Shown: positions 49,040 to 54,808 of the stretch, piece after piece
Numbering within the stretch: the first letter of the stretch is position 1
Layout of the letters: the number at the start of each line of letters is the position of its first letter
Origin: an uncultured Chloroflexota bacterium
Lineage (GTDB): Bacteria > Chloroflexota > UBA11872
DNA: 54,808 nucleotides
Assembly (NCBI GenBank): GCA_964522375.1
Contig: CAZFVB010000004.1
Span: forward strand, 24,528 to 79,335
Reading direction: 5' to 3'
Notes under the pieces: model-generated
Databases searched by the model: none
Told to the model about the DNA's origin: nothing
The model's input: the letters and a program-made list of their open reading frames with translations, nothing else
Position numbers and translations under genes: made by a program

Positions 49040-50166
49040 GAGACAGCCTCCACGACGCGTGCCGCCGCACGATCCATAGACACCTCGGCCCGCAATCCTT
49101 CTTGCTCAAGAAGGACTTTAGCTTCGGCTTCCCGTGTCCCCGCCACTCTCACCACGATCGGTACGTCTCTCGACAAGCTTCGTCGGGCCTCAATCACGCC
49201 AGTGGCGACATCATCAGCCCGAGTAATACCACCGAATATGTTGATCAGGACGGCCTTAACGTTTTCGTCCGAAAGAATTATGTCAAACGCCTCCGTAATG
49301 CGCTCAACCCCCGCACCGCCACCTACATCCAAAAAGTTCGCTGGCTCACCACCGTGGTTCTTGATCACATCCATGGTGGCCATCGCTAAACCTGCGCCAT
49401 TGACCATACAGCCAATTGAGCCATCGAGTTTGATGTAGCTCACTCCTGCTTCTCGAGCACGTCGCTCGGCTGGATTCTCTTCAGCCTCCTGGCGAACCGA
49501 CCTCATCTCTGGTTGGCGGTATAAGGCGTTCTCATCAATCGTCAACTTGGCATCAATCGCCAAAAGATTCCCTTCGACGTCAACCACCAACGGGTTAACT
49601 TCGGCCAACGAAGCATCGACATCAATAAATGCATTAATCAGGCCTGATGCAATCCCAACGAATTGCGCGGTCTGGTCACCCTCCAATCCCAATTGGAAAG
49701 CTAAAGTTCTCGCTTGCCACGCCGGAAGGCCCTCGTCAGGGGACACCTCTACTCTGTGTATCGCCTCCGGATCTGCGACAGCAACCTCTTCTATGTCAAC
49801 ACCACCCTTGCTGCTCGCCATCAGAAGCAACTGTTGAGAGACTCGATCCACAACAATTCCTAAATAGAACTCCCGAACAATATCCACTGCTGGCGCGACC
49901 AACACCGAGGAAACGCCCTCACCAGCAATCGTCAACTGAAAGATATCTTGAGCAACCTCACCAGCCTCTGCGGGTGTCTTGGCAAGCTTCACCCCACCAG
50001 CCTTACCGCGACCACCGGCCAGCACCTGTGCCTTAACGACCACCTCACAAGCAAACGTCTCAGCCGCCTCAACTACTGCTTCCGCAGACGTGGCCAGAAC
50101 ACCGTCAGGCACTGGTAGTCCATGCCGCCTGAAGACAGACCGCGCCTCAAACTCTCTTACTTTCAT
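49036..50166 (-). CDS. sucC: Succinyl-CoA synthetase beta subunit
   Basis: KAQVLAGGRGKAGGVK, NGAGLAMATMD, PANFLDVGG and NIFGGI motifs. Confidence 0.97.
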   Translation of the reverse strand: MKVREFEARSVFRRHGLPVPDGVLATSAEAVVEAAETFACEVVVKAQVLAGGRGKAGGVKLAKTPAEAGEVAQDIFQLTIAGEGVSSVLVAPAVDIVREFYLGIVVDRVSQQLLLMASSKGGVDIEEVAVADPEAIHRVEVSPDEGLPAWQARTLAFQLGLEGDQTAQFVGIASGLINAFIDVDASLAEVNPLVVDVEGNLLAIDAKLTIDENALYRQPEMRSVRQEAEENPAERRAREAGVSYIKLDGSIGCMVNGAGLAMATMDVIKNHGGEPANFLDVGGGAGVERITEAFDIILSDENVKAVLINIFGGITRADDVATGVIEARRSLSRDVPIVVRVAGTREAEAKVLLEQEGLRAEVSMDRAAARVVEAVS

Positions 50167-50199
50167 ACTGAGTTACCGTGGAGTCGTGCAGCCACTCAA

Positions 50200-50652
50200 C
50201 TAGGCCTCGAAGATCCACGCATCAATCCCACGACCATAACTGGCAAGTTCCTCATCGCGGAACCAATGGCCTATTTCCTTCGCCGCCGTCTCTGGTGCGT
50301 CTGACGCATGGACCAGATTCCGCAAACCAGCCACCGCAAAATCTCCACGGATCGTCCCAGGCGCTGCCTCATGAGGACGGGTTGACCCGACCATCGCACG
50401 GACAATCGATATAACCTCTGTCCCCTCCAGCACGGCACCAATAACTGGGCCACTCTGAAGGTGCTGAACAAGCCCCTCGAAGAAAAACTTGCCTTCATGT
50501 TCCCCGTAATGCTCACTTGCCTGGGCTTCACTCACCGACAGAAGTTTGAGCCCGACAATCCGTAATCCGCGCTGCTCAAACCTTTCAAGAATCTGCATCG
50601 CTATGCCTCGCTGTAGCGCATCCGGCTTCAGCAGGATTAATGTGCGTTCCGT
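50200..50652 (-). CDS. ndk: Nucleoside diphosphate kinase (150 aa; apparent ACG start codon)
   Basis: ACG-GAA-CGC-ACA gives xERTLILLKPDALQRG, followed by HYGEHEGKFFF, PGTIRGDF and NLVHASD. AGGAGG lies 6 nt upstream of the ACG. Confidence 0.93.
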   Translation of the reverse strand, partial: TERTLILLKPDALQRGIAMQILERFEQRGLRIVGLKLLSVSEAQASEHYGEHEGKFFFEGLVQHLQSGPVIGAVLEGTEVISIVRAMVGSTRPHEAAPGTIRGDFAVAGLRNLVHASDAPETAAKEIGHWFRDEELASYGRGIDAWIFEA

Positions 50653-50676
50653 TGTAGACCTCCTATGGTGCGCATT

Positions 50677-51021
50677 TCAGGACGAATTCTCCGTCGCTGA
50701 AAGCATCTCGGTAACACGATCTCGAAGCATTTCTACATCAATCTTAATACCACCAATCAATACTGCCTGCCAGTGTCCCACCCGAATCGCTAGACACTGT
50801 GCATCGCCCGTCACAAACCACAACTCTTCAATCTGACCCAGGCCAACAGCCTCAACCACATGTTCCATGCTCCCAATCCCTGCCGCCAAAAGACCTGCGC
50901 CTGCGGAGTCTGAAACGCCTCCAAGATCACCGACCGGTGCATCACCCAACCTCCAAACAACGGCACCTCTGACCCCCTCCATCCCCCGAAGATTCGTGTA
51001 AATATCAGCCGTTGCGTTCAT
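50677..51021 (-). CDS. Roadblock/LC7 (MglB-like) domain protein
   Basis: 114 aa with the pattern MEGVRGAVV...D...G...LGQIEELW. ATGA overlap with the TPR gene. Confidence 0.7.
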   Translation of the reverse strand: MNATADIYTNLRGMEGVRGAVVWRLGDAPVGDLGGVSDSAGAGLLAAGIGSMEHVVEAVGLGQIEELWFVTGDAQCLAIRVGHWQAVLIGGIKIDVEMLRDRVTEMLSATENSS

Positions 51022-52331
51022 TTTTTATCCTCATCAGATCCTTCCCTTGCTCTGAAATACGCGTCGGCTGCAGCCTGTGGTCGACTGGTCCGCATATAGT
51101 GATCTCCCAGAAGCTTCCATCCGTCGGGATTCAACTCCGGGTGGACTGACGCTTCCAAGAGAAGAGCATCCACTTCGTCGGCATCTATCGCCGCATCACT
51201 AACGACGTCTGAAAGAAGGCTACGTGCTTCCTTCCATTGCTGACGCCTAATCAAATCATGAGCCCAGGCAACTGTCGAAAAGACCGGAGCCGACGGGTCC
51301 TCAGATAGATGTACTGTGGAAGTGGCCTGGCTCGATACGCTTTCCATCACATCGGCAACAGGCACCCGCTCCCCTTCTTCGTCCATAGATCTCGTCTCGG
51401 GTGACGAACCATTGCCAACCGGAGAGTTTTCCTCGCCTGCATCCCCAGATTCCACAGGGATGGAAGGCTCGGGACCTCTCAGGTGCTTTACAATGGGCTC
51501 AGGATCCTCGTCAGACTGCTGAAGGGCCACCTCGGACACGGACTCGTCGAAGACAGTCAAGAGGCTTTCGGGAACCTTAACTACTGGAAGTTCCGGCAGT
51601 ACCAGTCGGTGCACTTCCAGAGAGGCAAGAAGTTGTCGAGCCTCTTCAAATTCAGGATCAATCTGCCCAACCCGCTCGAGTAAATCTTGACCCTCAGCCG
51701 TACGCCCGCGCTCCGACAGAATGTGAGCTCGCATTACAGCGGCACGCACACAGTCTTCTGCTTGATCGGTGACAACGCGACATTCAGCCTCACATGTCGA
51801 CAATCGACCGAGGCGCCACAAGGTCTCCGCGTATGTCAGCCGAACATCGACACGCTCCGGCAATTCGGAAATCGCGATGCGTGCCTGCCGTTCCGCCAAC
51901 TCAGGCCATCCAAGCCTCATGTACACCCGAGCCAGAACTGCCGCGTTTACCTCAAGGGCATCGGCGTCGACATTCAGCACTCCAAGAGCGATCGACAAAA
52001 CATTCTGGTCATTGGGGACCAACTCTAAGGCCTGACGGGCCGTAGCACGAGCACGATCCACATCGTTGCCGGCAAGAAACAGTCGGGCCTGAATAGCTCG
52101 TGCTTCCGAATTCGAGGGTTCGGCAGATGTCACGATCTGCAAGTCATCCAAAGCCGATTGAAAGTCGCCGTTGTGCTCGGAAAGTAGCGCGCGCAGCACA
52201 AGGGCTCGTGGATATCGGGCGAAAGAGTCGAGTAGTAGGGTAGATACTCGTTCGGCTTGCTCAACGTCACCACGTTCTAGTGACTCCCGGCCGACAGCAG
52301 CGACAACACTCGGAGAGCGTTCAGTGACCAT
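51018..52331 (-). CDS. Tetratricopeptide-repeat protein
   Basis: N-terminal TPR-like helical repeats, a P/E/S-rich linker and a C-terminal TPR (WKLLGDHYMRTSRPQAAADAY). Confidence 0.8.
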   Translation of the reverse strand: MVTERSPSVVAAVGRESLERGDVEQAERVSTLLLDSFARYPRALVLRALLSEHNGDFQSALDDLQIVTSAEPSNSEARAIQARLFLAGNDVDRARATARQALELVPNDQNVLSIALGVLNVDADALEVNAAVLARVYMRLGWPELAERQARIAISELPERVDVRLTYAETLWRLGRLSTCEAECRVVTDQAEDCVRAAVMRAHILSERGRTAEGQDLLERVGQIDPEFEEARQLLASLEVHRLVLPELPVVKVPESLLTVFDESVSEVALQQSDEDPEPIVKHLRGPEPSIPVESGDAGEENSPVGNGSSPETRSMDEEGERVPVADVMESVSSQATSTVHLSEDPSAPVFSTVAWAHDLIRRQQWKEARSLLSDVVSDAAIDADEVDALLLEASVHPELNPDGWKLLGDHYMRTSRPQAAADAYFRAREGSDEDKK

Positions 52332-53622
52332 TGGCTAAAGCCTGTACCTTGCCCGAGATTCTTGAAATCTCCTTAATTGGACCCGAAAGCGCAACGTTTG
52401 GCCAACCCTGCATAAAGCTGGACCTGGCCGCCAAGTTAACGTCGTTCGTGGTAATTGCGCTCACACGACCGATCAGATCGGCTGGCCCACAAACCTCAGG
52501 TTCCAGAACAACTTCCCGCGCGTACCACGCCGCAATTACTGCAGAATCCTCCAAGGCACGAACAAGCGCTCCGACAACATAGTTCCTGGCACGCTCGACT
52601 TCATCGTCGGTCACGCCAACCACCGCCACATCATCAAGTTGCTCAAAAACAACGGTGATGGCATCAACCAGACGGGCCGGGTCCGTCGAGCCTTCAATTG
52701 TGAGAGCGCTGTGGTGACCCGCTTGAAGAATGTCGGCACCAATGTCATAGGTTAGACCGCGACGTTCTCGCAACTCCTGCACCAGCCGTGACCCAAATCC
52801 TGCACCAAGAACTGCAGCGAGTAAATCAATGGCGTACCGGCGAGGATCACGACGCCCAGGCACGAACCCTCCAATAGAAAAATAGGCCTGTTCAGCCTCC
52901 TTGCCAATGAGCATGGGTTCATCCGCGACTCTGGATTCGCCATCGAAGCTTGGATATTCCTGACGGCACCCAGAAGTGAACCCATCGAATTCCTTTTCCA
53001 AAACGTCTAGACCGCTCCTCGGATCAATGGAACCAGCCACAGCAACAACCGTATTAGCACCGGCAAACATGTGTCGCGCTCTTTCTGACAAATCGTCTCG
53101 GGCGAGCTCCCGAACAGTGGCGACACTGCCAGCAATTTCGCGCCCGAATGGGTGCTCTGGCCAAAGTCGAGAGATCAAAGCCCTGCGAGCCATCTCCTCC
53201 GGAAGATCTTCAAGCATTGCCAGTTCATCAAGAATTACCAAACGTTCTTTTTCAATCTCCCGTTCATCCATGACAGGCTCATGCACCATTTCCGAGATTA
53301 ACCGCAGGGCCTTTTCCCAGGCCTCCACCGGAACCTTGGCTGCCACCGAAGTAATCTCTAATTCAGTGGCTGCATTGATCTGGCCGCCAAGACGCTCAAT
53401 TGCGATAGCGATCAGAGACGGCTGGCCACTGCGGTCTCGGAATAACATGTGTTCAACAAAATGCGTTATCCCATTGTGTTCAGCACATTCGGTACCCGAG
53501 CCAATACGGGATGCGAGATAAATGCTTACCGCTCGAGTATGTGGCACAGGCAAAACAATGACTTCAACACCGTTTGCAAGGGTCCTGCTAAAGGCGCCCG
53601 GAACCCCATTCGCCACAGGCAT
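52321..53622 (-). CDS. M16 (pitrilysin/insulinase) family zinc peptidase
   Basis: Inverted zinc motif HFVEH (HxxEH), GGQINAAT and SRLVQELRERRGLTY. Confidence 0.93.
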   Translation of the reverse strand: MPVANGVPGAFSRTLANGVEVIVLPVPHTRAVSIYLASRIGSGTECAEHNGITHFVEHMLFRDRSGQPSLIAIAIERLGGQINAATELEITSVAAKVPVEAWEKALRLISEMVHEPVMDEREIEKERLVILDELAMLEDLPEEMARRALISRLWPEHPFGREIAGSVATVRELARDDLSERARHMFAGANTVVAVAGSIDPRSGLDVLEKEFDGFTSGCRQEYPSFDGESRVADEPMLIGKEAEQAYFSIGGFVPGRRDPRRYAIDLLAAVLGAGFGSRLVQELRERRGLTYDIGADILQAGHHSALTIEGSTDPARLVDAITVVFEQLDDVAVVGVTDDEVERARNYVVGALVRALEDSAVIAAWYAREVVLEPEVCGPADLIGRVSAITTNDVNLAARSSFMQGWPNVALSGPIKEISRISGKVQALANGH

Positions 53623-53649
53623 ACCTAGGTGGTGCGAGCGTAGCGAAAG

Positions 53650-53775
53650 CTACGGCTTTGCGCGCGACCGGCGTCTAGCCGGGGTTGTAGATTCTCGCTC
53701 AGCCTTCCGACGCAGCCGCCCAATCTTTTTCGTGCGGCGATGCTTTTGCCAAGCAACACGCTTACGCTTATTCAA
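53650..53775 (-). CDS. Small highly basic protein (41 aa), below the ORF-track cutoff
   Basis: TTG 53775 to TAG gives MNKRKRVAWQKHRRTKKIGRLRRKAERESTTPARRRSRAKP (19 of 41 residues are K/R). A CGTAGC-TTTC-GCTACG hairpin overlaps the stop. Confidence 0.6.
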   Translation of the reverse strand: MNKRKRVAWQKHRRTKKIGRLRRKAERESTTPARRRSRAKP

Positions 53776-53877
53776 GGAATTACCGTACCCGGATGTAGAT
53801 CGTCCTGAAATGATAGCAGTGGTAGCGGGTCGTGCCTCTGATACGCTAGCCTTTTCAGTTCACACACGGGTGCCAGC

Positions 53878-54651
53878 GTGAAATTGGCCGCACAGGTCAG
53901 AAGAGCTCCGGGAGATTCGTTAGCCTCCCGGATTGAATGCTTGGCTCAGGCTGGATTTGAAGCTGTGGAGGTTCACACCGACGCCCTTGAACAACTTGGC
54001 GAATACCAAGCAGCACTTCGATCGGTTGGAATTCCCGCCCTCAGCATGTGTCCGGCGGGCCCCGACTTTGATCTGGTCAGAGATGAGTTTTCCCAGCAAC
54101 GGCGGATCAACAACATCCGGAAAGCCCTCGATAGCTGCAACGCCCTCGGAATTAAAGCCTTCATCTCAGTGCCCGTGCGCGGAGGTCTTCCACAAGGAAT
54201 TTCTGTAAATGACGAAATTGAAAGCTATGTCCGCGCTCTTGAGCAGTTAGCGCCCCATGCAGAAGCGGCCGGGGTCACCATTGTGGTTGAGCCTCTAAAT
54301 CGATATGAAACGCACCTGGTCAACACCGTAAGCGACGGAATAGCAATCGCGGAACGAATCGGAAGTCCCTGTATTAAAGTGCTCGCAGACACGTTTCACA
54401 TGTCCATCGAGGAAGACGATCTCGGCACGTCGATTTTGGCCGCATCTCAATGGATCGCACATGTCCACCTGGCCGACAATCAACGGGCGCAGCCCGGAAC
54501 AGGCATGATCGACTTCCCCACTGTATTTTCTGCGCTTCACAAGATTGGCTACGACGGATCTATGGCTTTGGAATGCCGTCTTCGAGGAGACCCGAGCACT
54601 GCCTTACACGAAACCAACCGATACCTACGAACGGCTCGAACCTCCAGCTGA
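53878..54651 (+). CDS. Sugar phosphate isomerase/epimerase (IolI / D-psicose-3-epimerase-like TIM barrel)
   Basis: VVEPLNRYE, LADTFHM, HVHLADNQR and ALEC metal-ligand pattern. Confidence 0.9.
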   Translation: MKLAAQVRRAPGDSLASRIECLAQAGFEAVEVHTDALEQLGEYQAALRSVGIPALSMCPAGPDFDLVRDEFSQQRRINNIRKALDSCNALGIKAFISVPVRGGLPQGISVNDEIESYVRALEQLAPHAEAAGVTIVVEPLNRYETHLVNTVSDGIAIAERIGSPCIKVLADTFHMSIEEDDLGTSILAASQWIAHVHLADNQRAQPGTGMIDFPTVFSALHKIGYDGSMALECRLRGDPSTALHETNRYLRTARTSS

Positions 54652-54654
54652 TTC

Positions 54655-54808
54655 ATGGTGCGGCCCAGCATGATCACCTCAGAGAGAATCGACCAGATCC
54701 TTACCGAGGCTGCGAACAAACGCACACTCGTCCTCGGTGACATGGTCGTCGATGAACACATCATCGGTGCTGCTCGTCAGATCGCACGTGAAGCTCCCAT
54801 CCCCGTCA
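54655..54808 (+). CDS. PfkB-family carbohydrate kinase, RfaE/HldE-like, running off the right edge of the window
   Basis: MVRPSMITSERIDQILTEAANKRTLVLGDMVVDEHIIGAARQIAREAPIPV resembles the RfaE N-terminus VxGDxMLDxY...RISPEAPVPV. Start is 54655 or 54670. Confidence 0.8.
   Translation, partial: MVRPSMITSERIDQILTEAANKRTLVLGDMVVDEHIIGAARQIAREAPIPV

Noticed and set aside
50653-50679. Sec readthrough fusing the roadblock protein to Ndk (same frame, TGA stop)
   Set aside because: No SECIS-like stem follows the TGA, there is no redox motif, and a perfect SD positioned for independent ndk initiation lies in the gap.
1-54808. CRISPR arrays, rRNA, tRNA-Sec (selC), selA/selB/selD, transposases, prophage
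   Set aside because: No regularly spaced repeats or matching motifs were seen. The Sec machinery needed by grdA and grdB must lie outside this window.

Overview
Gene-dense bacterial chromosome segment of about 50 CDS plus one tRNA-Arg(TCT). The TatA and Mfd sequence style and the many paralogous catabolic enzymes suggest a Chloroflexota-like lineage (inference only). The left part (1-24 kb) is mostly housekeeping: topA (partial), mfd, pth, rsmA, rdgB, thpR, yhaM-like, valS, a heterodimeric ABC exporter, a DD-carboxypeptidase and tatA. It also holds two SDRs, an orphan corrinoid protein and an orphan hydantoinase B. The middle (24-45 kb) is an accessory catabolic block. Its highlight is a non-canonical selenocysteine-dependent glycine/sarcosine/betaine-reductase-family operon (grdB[Sec]-grdE-like-grdC-grdA[Sec], minus strand 37791-42382). 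The ORF track splits or misses both selenoproteins. Each in-frame UGA lies in the expected motif (UxxCxxC, CxxU) and is followed by a SECIS-like hairpin. The operon has no grdD or thioredoxin genes. Its GrdE-like subunit appears to lack the pyruvoyl-precursor cysteines. A creatinase/ectoine-hydrolase-like enzyme and a DapA-family lyase lie directly upstream. The right part is a core operon (M16 peptidase, TPR, roadblock, ndk, sucCD, 2-oxoacid:ferredoxin oxidoreductase, tRNA-Arg). Other oddities: ndk appears to start at ACG, a DUF362 Fe-S gene carries an in-frame TAG, ValRS has KVQKS in place of KMSKS, and there is an unannotated 41-aa highly basic small ORF. No CRISPR, rRNA, integrase or transposase was seen.
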